A DNA stretch of 64,000 bases, taken from positions 102,548,001 through 102,612,000 of the forward strand of contig NC_043002.1 of NCBI RefSeq assembly GCF_006345805.1. The letters run 5' to 3'. The translations under genes and the position numbers were made by a program. A model generated the notes under the pieces. It worked only from the letters and a program-made list of their open reading frames with translations, had not been told where the DNA came from and ran no database searches. This document shows, one piece after another, positions 1 to 13,491 of this stretch. The DNA is from Octopus sinensis. Lineage: Eukaryota. Within the stretch, counting starts at the first letter, position 1. Each line of letters opens with the position of its first letter.

Positions 1-160
1 TTAGCTAAGACATTTGTAGCTCTTAGTAGCTCTTATTTATCAAAATTTTTTTATCTATATTCATATTTACTGCACGAAGCTCTGATTTACTGAGAGATAA
101 GAAATCTTTTAAATATCAACTTGTTAATTCTGGATATAGCAAACTCTGCAGTTCATAGTT

Positions 161-199
<39 letters not shown>

Positions 200-1675
200 T
201 CCATACACACATACATACATATATACATTGATACATATATACATACACACAGACATTGATATTTTACAAGGAAAATGCTGATCAAATACGAACATTTTGA
301 ACAAATCTCTTTGAATATGAGGATCGTTGCTCATTCTCTGATTGATCACATACTATAGGTTTCATTAAGCTTTGAATCCCCCCAACCACCACTACAACAA
401 CAACAACGACAACAACAACAACAACAACAAGCAACAACCAGCAACACCACCATTAAAAAGCAGCAACACATCAGAAACGTCAAGATTGCACCAGGGTGGG
501 ATGTTTAGCGGGGCTAGTGAAGCTGCTGAAAATAGCAGCCCAATCTACCCTTAATCATACCCTAATACTTTAAAAGCGAAATAAAGATTTTGGATAATGC
601 AAGCCTTGCGTTTTGAATGATTCTATTGAAGCGATGGACCAAGAGTTTAAAAAATTTTGTTGAGTAGGAACTGTATTAGAAACACATTTATCCATTGTGA
701 AAGAAAGATTTGACTGAAGCCTTCCCTCGTAAAAGGATTACCAGAACGCACCAATTAGGAACTTAGCCAGCAATCGAAAGATATGATTGAGTTTTGAAAT
801 TCAAGAATATATTGTCTCCCAACGAGCAGTTCTATAATGAAAGTCAACCAAAACCAGACTCATCCAAATCAGGATTTTCCAATGGATAATTCCCTTCAGC
901 ATTCAAGTTATCCTTGGCTGCTATTCATAGCAGACCATTCGGCTCACAATTGTATATTGTAAAACTTTGCTGTTGCCAAGGTTAAAAAAAAACATAATGG
1001 TATAAATGAAATTTGCACTGAAGACACATTTTGTTTTGTTTTGTTTTTTTTTTTCGTTTTTTTTTATGTCTTGTGATGTAGATCTGCCTTTCATATCTCC
1101 CTCTTCACAAATCGGTGAATTGTGAATGGCTGAAAATGATTGTTTATGACTATCAATGACTGAATATAGAGAATAGACTGCTAGATCAAATTTTCCAACT
1201 ATACGTAACATAGATATGAGAAGCCAGATCAATGTTTACATCTGTAGTTATAATTATTTTAGCTGAAGATTTTTTTTTCTTGTGCTATTCTTTATCTTCA
1301 AAAATAATACTTTGTCGTATATATAATATATTTTTTTTCTCAGAAAAAAAATTATATGCAAATTATAATGGGAAACAACCAAAGCTGCTTCTGTAACTGT
1401 AAGGTTGTTTTGTAGCGTGAAGATGGAAGAAGTCATTAATATAAGGTGTTGGCAAATACAGACGTTCTTTTGAAACTTCCTTTCTCTAAGCCACACATTC
1501 CTTTCTTTCTTGGGTCTTTCCTTTATTTTGCTTGGATTTTCATTGGATTGTTTCACAAATTCAAGTCAGCTTTAATTATTTGCTTAATTCGCATTAGACG
1601 ATAAAACGGAGACTTAGTAAGAATTTATTTTCTGTACATAAACATTTATAAACAAAGAGACTGAAAGAGAGAGAA

Positions 1676-1747
<72 letters not shown>

Positions 1748-2061
1748 TCACACACACACATATATTGATATAAAGATAGGTAGCTAACTAGCTAGCTAGA
1801 CATATAGCTAGCTGGACATATAGATAGAAAGACAGATAGATAGATAGACAGATAGATAGTTAGATAGATGGATGGATTAGAAACAGGTAGTGGAGAAACA
1901 GGAAGGCAAGTCGGTAGGCAACGATAATTAAATACATTTGATAACAAAACTCATTCTCATTCTGTATAAGTCGGACTTTTTTTTATACATTTGTGTATGA
2001 AATGCATTTAATATTTGTTGCATATTGTCTTGCCCAACTTGCTTGTTCTTACATTTAATGC

Positions 2062-2109
<48 letters not shown>

Positions 2110-2415
2110 AATGCATAATTTCGGCCCCACCGCTTATGCCTCTCCGGGCATATGCGTATGAAGACAGGCACACATACGCACACATACTGCATTCTCTTCA
2201 TCGTGAAGTCGCATATTATTCCCGTGACTCATCGTTCATGACCAAAATGTGTAAATTATATGTGTGCGTAAATGCCCTGGATACGTATGGCTAATTGAAA
2301 CCGCAGAGATTAAGAATTAACCAGGCTAATTATCTCGAAAGAGGTTCCAGATAATGTATGACAGTTTAAATCTTCCACAAATTTTGATATTAACATAAAC
2401 ATCTACTCTTTAATC

Positions 2416-2820
2416 TTTTACTCTTTTACTTGTTTCAGTCATTTGACTGCGGCCATGCTGGAGCACCGCCTTTAGTCGAGCAAATCGACCCCGGGACTTA
2501 TTCTTTGTAAGCCCAGTACTTATTCTATCGGTATCTTTTGCCGAACCGCTAAATGACGAGGACGTAAACACACTAGCATCGGTTGTCAAGCAATGCTAGG
2601 GGGACAAACACAGACACACAAACACATATATATACACATATATATATACATATATACGACAGGCTTCTTTCAGTTTCCGTCTACCAAATCCACTCACAAG
2701 GCATTGGTCGGCCCGGGGCTATAGCAGAAGACACTTGCCCAAGATGGCACGCAGTGGGACTGAACCCGGAACCATGTGGTTGGTTAGCAAGCTACTTACC
2801 GCACAGCCACTCCTGCGCCT
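2416..2820 (-). mobile_element. tRNA-derived SINE, family A, full-length
   Basis: Minus strand head AGGCGCAGGAGTGGCTGTGCGGTAAGTAGCTTGC...GGTTCCGGGTTCAGTCCC has A/B-box-like Pol III motifs, followed by an internal (CA/TA)n and the tail GACTGAAACAAGTAAAAGAG. Recurs many times in the window. Confidence 0.9.
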
Positions 2821-3954
2821 GGAGTAGAAATTTATGTAGAAATTTCTAAAAGGAAAGTGGTATATGTTCAAAGAGCTGAAACATTCAGATATATGGGACT
2901 GTCCATTTGGTGGGCGCAAAAAAGCTCAAAGTGCAACACCTAAATAATCCTGAAATAATACCATGTCCTGTTGTAAACGGGTTCAAGTCAATGGGTCCAG
3001 TTAAGAACAAACATGAACTATTCTGAAAACCTTTCGCTTAAAAGGTTGCCCTTATAAACACTGGTGTATGGCTAATGAGATCAAGAACAAAAACACTGCA
3101 AAACAACAATACAGCGACCACCTCACCGACAACAGCTGCATGTGACGTTATCTACAATAAGAAGAGCATGGAGAAAACTCCCATGGGTATGAGATGTTTG
3201 GCTACAGCTGTTGTGGCGCCGCCAAACTGGCGCTGCCGATCAGATGTCAAGCGTTGGAATATTTTTCCTCTTCTCTCCCTCTCTCCTAATCTCTCCCTTT
3301 CTCTGTTACTGTGTGTGAGTATTTCTCTTTATTTATAGTGCAATCATTAAATGAATGAATTGTAATCCCTATTCACTCTCTCCCCATCTCTCTAACCCTT
3401 TCTTACTTTTTGTATCCCTACACATACATTTCTGTCTGCACGAGCGTATCGTCGTGTATGTGTGTGCGTACGCTTGTTTGTACTTTTTGTACAGTTGTAT
3501 GTGTCCATGTACGTGTGTGCGCGCTTATTTGTGTTTGTACGTGCGTGCGAGCCTCCAGCGCCAAAGACTACAGTCGACAAAACAAGTTGAATGTCAAGTC
3601 AACTGTGTCAGACTACGTCCGAACAGCTGCGCTAAATTGATTCATTCCGAACTTAGACACATTAAACGAATATATATATATATATATACAGACTACTTGG
3701 TGTAATTGATAATTATTCCAAATTAATTAATTTCACCCTTCATTATTACGGATAACCATATTTTATCTCGGTAGATGACCACAGCATCTTGTTTTGGCTA
3801 CACGCGGGTGGGAAGGGGCTGGTGACAAAATCTTTTCATTCACACTTTGAATTTGGTGATACTAGTTGCGGATTCTAGCGCGCTCTGATACTGAGTTGAG
3901 TTGGTGCCTTCTAGTATCTCAAATTCAATATATAATCATTTATGATTATAGTAT

Positions 3955-4054
3955 TCTACGCTGAAGAGAAAAGAAGTTTGGGTAAGGTAGAATTATTTAA
4001 TATTTAATTCTTATGCTTTCCTAAAAACTTGATTTCGAAACGTGTGTCCGTAGA
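3955..4054 (+). ncRNA. Type I hammerhead ribozyme motif with long (69 nt) stem II
   Basis: TCTACG-CTGAAGA-[hairpin 3968-4036]-GAAA-CGTGTG-TC-CGTAGA. Stem I is 6 bp, the CUGANGA/GAAA core is intact, and the GUC cleavage triplet ends at 4048. Confidence 0.75.
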
Positions 4055-4099
4055 TAACTTAAAATTGTATGATAGATTGCCGTCAATTCATTCTCTTAC

Positions 4100-4262
4100 C
4101 TGTTTGTGTCTGCCTTCCAATTGCTGTGTTTTTTACTGAGATCTCCCTTTTAGTAGAAGAAATAGCTATAACTCTTTGACTTGCTATTTCTAAATTCGGT
4201 CTGTGGTAAGGCAATTCGTTGCTAAACCCTTTATTGCTTAGTATACATATATGTATATATAT

Positions 4263-4350
<88 letters not shown>

Positions 4351-4600
4351 ATATATATATATGAAGGGAGAGTTTTACGAAAATAAACAAAAGACGAAGG
4401 CAGGTGGTGTACAAACAAACAGATGTATTAGTATAGCAATCAGGAATAGAAAGTCTTTTACGTTTCGACAGAAAGATACACAGACAAAAAAACAAGGACA
4501 GAAACAAGGAGAGAAAAAACAAACACAAACAAATTATAATCGGAAATTCCTATCACTATACTTTAAGGATTTTGCTGATTAAACATTTCAAAAGCAAAAG
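4100..4600. mobile_element. Penelope-like pseudo-LTR/tail fragments flanking a (TA)n tract
   Basis: 4141-4240 recurs as a reverse complement at 16363-16462. 4360-4480 resembles the module at 56620-56720 in reverse and ends in a collapsed HHR shell (minus strand TCTTTCTGTCGAAACGTAAAAGA). PLE assignment is inferred from the HHR association. Confidence 0.5.
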
Positions 4601-5013
4601 TAAGGAAAAGAACGATAAGTTATTTAGAAGTAAACATTTCGTATGGCTTCCTCAAATCTTTGATCTCTAGCAGAGATGTTACCTTTCGATCACACACTGT
4701 GTGTAAAAGCAATGCTGATCATATAGAAAAAATATTGACGGTGAATTCACTGTAATTACGAAAGTCTGTTCAGTTATAATATATATGCCCGACATCATAT
4801 CGGAACATAACGGCAGATATGAGTTCATACACGAAAAGTTGCACTGAATAATTGGACAGCAGGAGGCTAGATTGTGTCGACATTATGCGATAATTAATTC
4901 TTAAAAAGAAAGTTGCAGCCACTAAGAAGCACTACTAATATCACAATGGAAAGCAGTGGAGGTAAGTATCTTGTGTCAATCATTCTTACTACGACGCTTT
5001 TATATAGAGAGAG

Positions 5014-5118
<105 letters not shown>

Positions 5119-5555
5119 GCAAGAAATGTGAGAATGGAGAGGTAGGTTTTGTCTCGTGAAAGATGGAAAAATAGTGGGTGAATGTTGCAAAGATGGTGCG
5201 TGCGAGTGACGATACCACTTTGAGTATGATCCTGTAAATCGAAGAGAGAGAGAGAGGAGATTCAGAGCACTTTGCTAGCATCTGTTCATTCCATCCCTGC
5301 TTGAGGTTACCGTGGCCTTTTTCGTAGGCTTTTCTTTCCACGGATAAACCTAATCTTGCTTTTTACATTTAAAAAGTTTTTCTGTGATACACGATACCCT
5401 TTGATCGTCTTTTTATTTCCCGATCCCTTTTGATCGGAATATTACGTTTTTTTTCACAATTTTTTTCCCCTTTTACGTTTTCAATTTCGAAAATAAAAGT
5501 TCTATATTTGTATTTGTCACCTCTGTGTTCAGCCCTGTGTGGCCAAAAAATAAAG

Positions 5556-5689
<134 letters not shown>

Positions 5690-6127
5690 CTCTGTCTGTC
5701 TATCTGTATGTCTGTCTGTCTATCTATCTACCTATCTATAGATTGACGTGATGTAGCATCGGCTCCGCAGCCAATCCCCTTTTCGACTTTTAATTGCACA
5801 CATTTTCGCTTGAGTGTGTTTTCAAGTGAGGAATTGACCCCCCAGAGAGCCGTATCTCCATGAAAAAATATTAATTACTACCATATTCCTGTTGATGAAA
5901 CGTGTTTCTCTGTCTACCTACTTACCCTCTTTGTGATGTTGGTAAATGGAATAAGCATATAAATGAATCATTTCAATATTTTCAATTTAACTAAATTCAA
6001 TATTTATATGCAGCTGAAGATTGTTCTACGTTTTAAAACTGATGTAATACTGGCATTAGTTAATTAAATGGAGTCGCATGAAACGATCGTACTTTATTAC
6101 CTTTGGACATCCTTGTTGGTTATTTTG

Positions 6128-6171
<44 letters not shown>

Positions 6172-6289
6172 GTTGGCTGCCCCCTCGTTAACGAGTATGG
6201 CCATTGCACGAGACTTAATCAATGTTGTTATCGTGCAATGCCGGTGCAATAAGATTTATTTTTAAAGTGAGGAAAGGTTTCAGATATCC

Positions 6290-6570
6290 TTCAGATAGCT
6301 CTTCAATATCCTCCCGAAGAACCTGAGAGACCTGCATGGGGTGGATGCAGATGTCTTTAAAATAAAACTGGATCTCTTCCTGTCAGGTGTCCCAGATGAA
6401 CCAACTTCATGGCAGGAGGTGCAGATGAGGGCAGCTGCATCGAACTCTCTCATGCACCAATGGCAGTTGCAAAAAGCATTCGTGAAGTAAAATCATGTAG
6501 CAACACCAAATGGCGGTGCCCCCCATTGGCCACAGCTCGTGAACTGAAACTAGATAAAATAAATAAAAAA
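6290..6570 (+). mobile_element. 3' end of a non-LTR retrotransposon (CR1/L2/Jockey-like clade), truncated
   Basis: Frame reads LFNILPKNLRDLHGVDADVFKIKLDLFLSGVPDEPTSWQEVQMRAAASNSLMHQ, the typical 'LFN.LP...FK.KLD.FL..VPDEP...AA.SNSL' LINE ORF2 C-terminus, followed by an A-rich tail. Confidence 0.75.
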
Positions 6571-7173
6571 AAAATTGTGCACTGAGTCAATCCCACTCAC
6601 TAAGCAACAGCAGCCATAATCCGAAAAGAAGAACAAGTCAACATCATCGGTAAACACTGAGCCGCAGGTTTTATGTCGGAGTTATCCCAGTTACCTGAGT
6701 TACCTTCTCCTGGAAGGATGCACTAACAAAGGCTAGGAGTCCTTCACTCCCAATGGTTTAACCGCGCGATCGGGCATTCAGTCCGATTATTTCTATGTCC
6801 CCGCACATGATACAGCCTTAAGACATTTATTGGATGGTCGTTGACTCTCAAGAGTTCCTCCGCCCATTATATATATATATATACACACATATATTTCTGT
6901 ATGCAATTATCTATGTACGTGTGTGTGTATGTGTATCCATTAATATGTGTGCTCCCATTGCGCATCTTCGTATTCGTTTATATGCTTATTACATATAAGA
7001 ATGATTCAGTTTTAATGATGACTAAAGCATCAATATCCATTCCAAGACACGCATGGGCATCCATAGACATTTTTAGATATGCTCAGGCATTTATATTTGC
7101 ATGAACATATTCCACGTCCTCGCGTTGTTGTTTCTACTTGCTTCTTCATGCTTGGATTGGCTATAAATATATA

Positions 7174-7214
<41 letters not shown>

Positions 7215-7314
7215 NNNNNNNNNNNNNNNNNNNNNNNNNNNNNNNNNNNNNNNNNNNNNNNNNNNNNNNNNNNNNNNNNNNNNNNNNNNNNNNNNNNNNN
7301 NNNNNNNNNNNNNN
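7215..7314. other. Assembly gap (100 N) adjacent to a (TA)n tract
   Basis: Run of exactly 100 N. Confidence 1.
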
Positions 7315-8361
7315 CTTCACTGTGAGAAGGAACGAGTAACTCGACGCATAGCCTTTGAAAATATTTTGAAGATGTGCTGAGAAGAAAGTCTGATTTTCTG
7401 ATATCACTACCCCTAGCTTTTTGAATTTTAGAATTGCCCCGATTTTCATTACTTCTCTCTTTCGAGAAACTTGACATTGTTGTGGCGATTATTTGTGGAT
7501 ACCGGGACTGCAAGGATTGTTTTAGTGTTAAGTTTATTTAATTATACATTTGTGATCGTGTGAACAATTCACCTTTTAAGATTTTAAATTTCCCTATTGA
7601 TTTTGCATATCTGAAGGAAACACAAGTCCAAAACTGTATTCAAAATTGAAAGCTATGAATTTTCTTTTTATATAGATGCCACCTTTTTGATAACTGCTTT
7701 GCAAGAAATATATTATAAGGTTACTGGTTCGGACCTGTATTCTAGATTTAACCGTCGCATTTTCTATTGTCACTTGAGGCATTCTATCTCAGATTTTGTG
7801 GATCTACTCTATTAATAGTTATATACAGTCTACTACTATTACTCATGTGTTTTATGATGCACGCAATTATTAACCAGATCTTGACTATCTATGCTTTAAA
7901 TTCTTACAAATTCATTGTTTAACATTTTACATATTGACGTTCATATCGACTGCGTTTACATGGGTGAAATCATTTGAGCTTTTATAAGATTTTTTAATGA
8001 AGTTGGATGTTCCCGAGGCGTAATTGGTGTTGAATTTTATAAAATTGGTTGATCATCACTTTCTCTTAGACCCATTTTCTAAATTATTTTCTTCAATGAA
8101 TAAATTACAATGTGCGCATTCGCCATTACAGCTTTGTTAGACACTGAGAAGTTTGATTCTAGTCCCTTCATCAATGAAAGGCACTCTATTGAGCATCTTA
8201 TTATTTGTAAACCTGTTATTTTCATTTTCTCATTAATATGTGCGTGTGTTGTGATGGGAATTGGGATATGTTCCAAGAAAATTTGATAGAATGATTATCA
8301 GGTGTCTGTTATAGTTGTGATGTACACTGCATTATATTATAACGGGAATAATTGAGAGAAG

Positions 8362-8393
<32 letters not shown>

Positions 8394-8451
8394 CACACAC
8401 ACATAATACACACAACCACCACACAGATACATGCATACAAACATATACACA

Positions 8452-8499
<48 letters not shown>

Positions 8500-9123
8500 G
8501 TGTGTATGTGTGTTTGTGTGTGTGTCTGTGTATGTTTCTGAGTATGTATGTGTATATATGCATATAAATCATCAAAATGACAGATAAATGTCTTGAAATT
8601 TTATATAACAATAACAAAAATCGTAAAAGTAGGACAAAGCTGGTTGGCAAAAATCTTATCGTGCTTAATAATAAATAAATTACGTACATGTCTGTAGTAA
8701 TGCAGATTACAAAAAAAAAATTCGTTCAAAGCAATGCAGTCATTTAGCTACGTCATCAGGTGTAACAGAGTCTTTGTTAAATAAAAATTGCCGACGTAAA
8801 GATAAACTGAAGGGAATATTAGTGATATAATTAAGAAGTAAATATTTTAAAAGTATTATTTGTATCCAAATAATTTCCAAACATGAATTATGGTAGAATT
8901 GACTATATAAGTAATTAAATACAATCATTATATTATTATTAATAATTAGGCGGCGATCTGGCACAAAGCGTTCGCCTGCTGGACGAAATGATTAGTGGCA
9001 TCTCGCTCGTCACCCCGTTCTGAGTTCAAAGTCCACCGAGCTTCACTTTGACTTTAATAGTGCAGGAGTCAATAAGCCATTTAATGTGACTAAGATATGT
9101 ATACATACGTACTGAAATATATA

Positions 9124-9510
9124 TGGATGGATGGATGAAAGCACTCCGTCGGTTACGACGATGAGGGTTCCGGTTGATCCGAATCAACGGAACAGCCTGC
9201 TCGTGAAATTAACGTGTAAGTGGTTGAGCACTCCACAGACACGTGCACCCTTAAAGTAGTTCTCGGGGATATTCAGCGTGAGACAGAGAGTGACAAGGCC
9301 GGCCCCTTGAAATACAGGTAGAACAGACACGGGAAGTAAGAGAGAGAGAAAGTTGTGGTGAAAGAGTACAGCAGGGATCACCACCATCCCCTGCCGGAGC
9401 CTCGTGGAGCTTCAGGTGTTTTCGCACAATAAACACTCACAACGCCCGGTCTGGGAATCGAAACCACGATCCTATCACTGCGAGTCCGCTGCCCTAACCA
9501 CTGGGCCATT
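9124..9510 (-). mobile_element. tRNA-derived SINE, family C
   Basis: Minus strand head AATGGCCCAGTGGTTAGGGCAGCGGACTCGCAG...GTGGTTTCGATTCCCAG has A and B boxes, with a (ATCC)n tail. The head is shared with 49869-50113. Confidence 0.85.
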
Positions 9511-10009
9511 AAACATATATAAAAAAAAATTATTTTCTTCTTCTTCCCTCTCCCTTCCCCTTTTTTTCTTTAGCACGCATTCCAAATACAAAAACACACG
9601 CACATGCTCTCTCTCTCATTTTCTCCTCATCCATCACCCTCTTGTACTGTCTTATATTCGTCCCCACCACTACAAACTCAATACCACTATAAAGTGGTCA
9701 AAACTTTTCACTGAGGAACTTAGTTTGATTTGATTAGAATGGGAGAAAGCGCTAATACATGATCTAAGTTATAGGATGTATAAAAACGTGTAATATACAA
9801 ATAAATATCTGTAAATATAAACCATCCGATTTTCTGAGTACCACATTTCTTCTAATATAAAATACCTGTACATCATCTCCAAACCTTCAAATATATATAT
9901 ATAAATATTGTGTATATGTATATACTGTTCTCAATTGTGGTCGTCACTCAGCGTAAAGTTGAGGGCGGAACTCGAAGCAGTCCAATGAAGCTAAACAAAG
10001 TGCAACATG

Positions 10010-10390
10010 TCAGCTACTTGGAACCTTAAGACTCTATTCCATAGAGCGAAGGCGGGAATGATATTCATTGATATACATTTGCAAAGGACTTGTCCCAAAA
10101 TTTAGCAATGCACGTTACGGAAAAAGCAGAGCACAGCGCCACTATATGGTGCTAGTTATCCTCATATCGCTGTTCTGATGCATGAACAGACACTGAAACA
10201 ACTTTTGTTTCAAGGGGCCCCGCTCTTCAATATCCTACCAACAGAGAGATATTCATGGGATTACATGTAGATGTTTATTTAAGAAAAACTGAATCTCCAT
10301 TTCTCAATAGTTCTGGATGAGTCTACCTCATGGCCGCAACCTCTGCTATGTATAGCACCATCAGAATCCTTCATTCTCTAAATGTCACAT
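10010..10390 (+). mobile_element. Old LINE 3' fragment, same clade as 6290-6570
   Basis: Contains QGAPLFNILPT... with frameshifts; nucleotide similarity to 6290-6480 by eye. Confidence 0.55.
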
Positions 10391-11284
10391 ATTACGGGGA
10401 GGTTTAAAGAAATTATGTTGAAACGAAGCTCATGGTTATGCCTCAGGATAGTCGTAGCACTGGATGAGAAACTAGTGCAAAAATGGGGATATTTTACATT
10501 TGTTTGTGTGTGTAAGTATATACAAACACACACACAAGCACTCACACAGAGACACAGACAGCCTGACATACACACACACATAGGCACACACACAAACGCA
10601 CCCGAACACACACACACAAACGCACGCGAATACACACACGCACACACACGCACATATGTATTTATTCAAGCTCTCAGAAACATTGCTTTGTTCACGTTTT
10701 TGTATAGAAAATGTTATCTGCTTATTAAATTTCTCGCATTATATTGTGCTCCGTGTATAATAAGTCTGTTTCTTTTTTTTTAAGGGAAATCTTACGTACA
10801 GCACATGTTTTATTCAGTAATATAGTAATGGTCTGCGTTATGTGATATAGATTATTGCAGTTTTTCATTGTTGTTCATGAAGATCCTATAGGTAAGAGAG
10901 ATTTTCTTTTGTGCGTCTGTTGTTTTTGTTCGCTGTATTCTGTCTTGTCAAACACGTTGGGTATATCATGCGGTAAAGCGCGGTTATATGAAGCGTAGTC
11001 ACATTTGTCCTGCATATTGTAAAGCGTTCAGAACAATACATATAGAACACAGATTCGTGAATGTCTTCAATGGTCTATGAAGCACTTGGAACATTTACAC
11101 ATTGAGAAAGAACGAGAAACACAAAAAAACATGAGCAAATACGTCCCCGTTCTCTCCTCCCGTCAATAATAAAACACACATAAAGGATAAAAACTCATTC
11201 ACTTATATGTCCACTGTACCTAACGTTTCCGAATGCTTTAGAAATGCGTTACTTTTATCTTTTAATTGTTTCAGTCAGTTGAGG

Positions 11285-11366
11285 TGCAGCTTCGCGGGGT
11301 CACTTCCTTGAAAGTTGCGGCTTCGCGAGGTGACTTCTTTGCAAGTTGCGGCTTTGCGGGGTCATT
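11285..11366. repeat. 31-bp minisatellite, about 2.6 copies
   Basis: TGCAGCTTCGCGGGGTCACTTCCTTGAAAGT / TGCGGCTTCGCGAGGTGACTTCTTTGCAAGT / TGCGGCTTTGCGGGGTCATT. Confidence 0.85.
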
Positions 11367-11564
11367 TCAACTCCAGTTCACAATTCTCTAAAAGCTTGCT
11401 ACTTATGCTTAGAGTCCTTTTGTCAGGCACCTAGGTCAAGATGACATAAGCAACCCAGCCCCAGCATCCGAACGGAGGCGCTGAAATGCAAGCAATATGA
11501 CGATCATATGATATCTCTATATCTAGGTATCTAGCTAGCTACGCACACACACACACACAAACAC

Positions 11565-11635
<71 letters not shown>

Positions 11636-11726
11636 TATATATATATATAATATACATATACAATTGACTTCTTTCAGTCTCTGTCTATCACATATACTCT
11701 TAAGGCCTATACTGTATATATATATA

Positions 11727-11778
<52 letters not shown>

Positions 11779-11800
11779 AATATAGAGTCTGATATTTAAA

Positions 11801-11989
11801 TCACCTGAAGTATGACTGTAACTCGAAATTTTAAGAATTCGACAGCCATGAAACGATCGTAGTGTTATACTAATTATCTTTTTTAATAATTTTGATATAT
11901 ATTTAAAATAATATAAATTAATTAATCTATGTATTGGCTTCAGTTTTTCATTGTATGATTTGCCTAATAGTGGTTTTATCTCTAATTTA

Positions 11990-11996
<7 letters not shown>
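11801..11996 (+). mobile_element. (TA)n-embedded short module with decayed HHR; tail shared with the 24824-25080 palindrome
   Basis: CTGAAGT...CAT-GAAA-CGATCG-TA-GTGT, then a 130-nt AT-rich tail nearly identical to 24944-25080. Confidence 0.65.
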
Positions 11997-12032
<36 letters not shown>

Positions 12033-12530
12033 TTCGAAGTGATTTGAACTTACACTCCGATATATTTGCCGACGTCTAAGTTTGCGGGGTAAAGAGTGGC
12101 TATGAGAGCGACCCTGAGGAATTTGGGGAGTTTTCAAGCAAGGATGGCCAAGAAAGGATTGCAAATTCAGTGCAGGAAAATGGAGGGGATGTGTAACCAC
12201 GGTACTGAAATAAATAGAAATACAAGTAGAGAGTCGTTAGATGAGTGAGAAGGCACCCTGGGGGCAGTGAGGAAAAATGGATCAATGATAGAGTGACCAA
12301 AACTGAGCAGTGAATGTAAAAAAATAAAAGAAATAGGCAATACAAAGGGTTGATTAGGTTACGTTTTACTCGTGAAACACTGGTGTTTTGAATTTGCTGC
12401 AGGAAATGGTTTATGTCTGGGATGGTGAGGGGTAGTGGTGATATATATATGTGGTTCCCAAACTTTTTCAGGCAGCCGCTCCCTTGGTTCTAACACCGCA
12501 TTCCTAGTGCCCCTTCCCCATCACCACTCA

Positions 12531-12572
<42 letters not shown>

Positions 12573-13177
12573 ATATACAGTGAGAGAGAGAGAGACAGAG
12601 ACAGAGACAGACAGACAGACAAGCACAGACAGACAGATAGTTAGATATAATAGAAAAGGTAGTAGAAGTAAAAGGAATATGCTGTCAATGCGGATAAATT
12701 ATAATGTGTTTATGTATATATATGGCAGGTATCTACACAGTTCCCGTAATATATAATTAATGATTAAAAAATTTTGAAAAATAGAATGAACAAAATTATA
12801 TTCATACGTGTATTAAAACCTTGAGCTGGTAGTTAGTATTACTATTACAGTTTTGTTTTTGAAATTATGTAAGCTAATATCAATATTCTGAATAGACAAC
12901 GGCTTTTGAGTTCTTTAATTATTAAACATGTTTTCAACGAAATGATTGTCTGGCAGGAAAGCGTTGCTGATGTAATTATCTTGTCACGATTTATCTTACT
13001 CTATGCCAACAAATGGTCCAATTAATAAAGCGAAACGGCAGATTCCTAGGAAATTAGTAAAGTTCTGTGTCAGAGAATTCTAATGAAATAAAAATAATTA
13101 AAAACCAACGCGTTAAATAGAGAACTGAAACGCATAACGTACAGCGGGCGAAATCCTAAATATTCGTTTACCACTTA

Positions 13178-13192
13178 TTGCTGCTGCTGCTG

Positions 13193-13231
<39 letters not shown>

Positions 13232-13438
13232 TTGATGACGAAGATGATGAAGATGATAATAATAATAATGATAATAATCATAGTAATAATGATAATAATA
13301 ATAATAATGATAATAATGATAATAATAAGGATAATAATGATAATAATAATGATAATAATGATAATAATAATGATAATAATAATGATAATAATAATAATAA
13401 TAATGATAATAATAATGATAATAATAATAATAATAATG

Positions 13439-13490
<52 letters not shown>
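13178..13490. repeat. Compound trinucleotide repeat (TGC)n-(TAC)n-(ATA/ATG)n; similar tract at 51538-51837
   Basis: Directly visible; explains the poly-I/poly-L ORFs. Confidence 0.97.
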
Positions 13491-13491
<1 letters not shown>

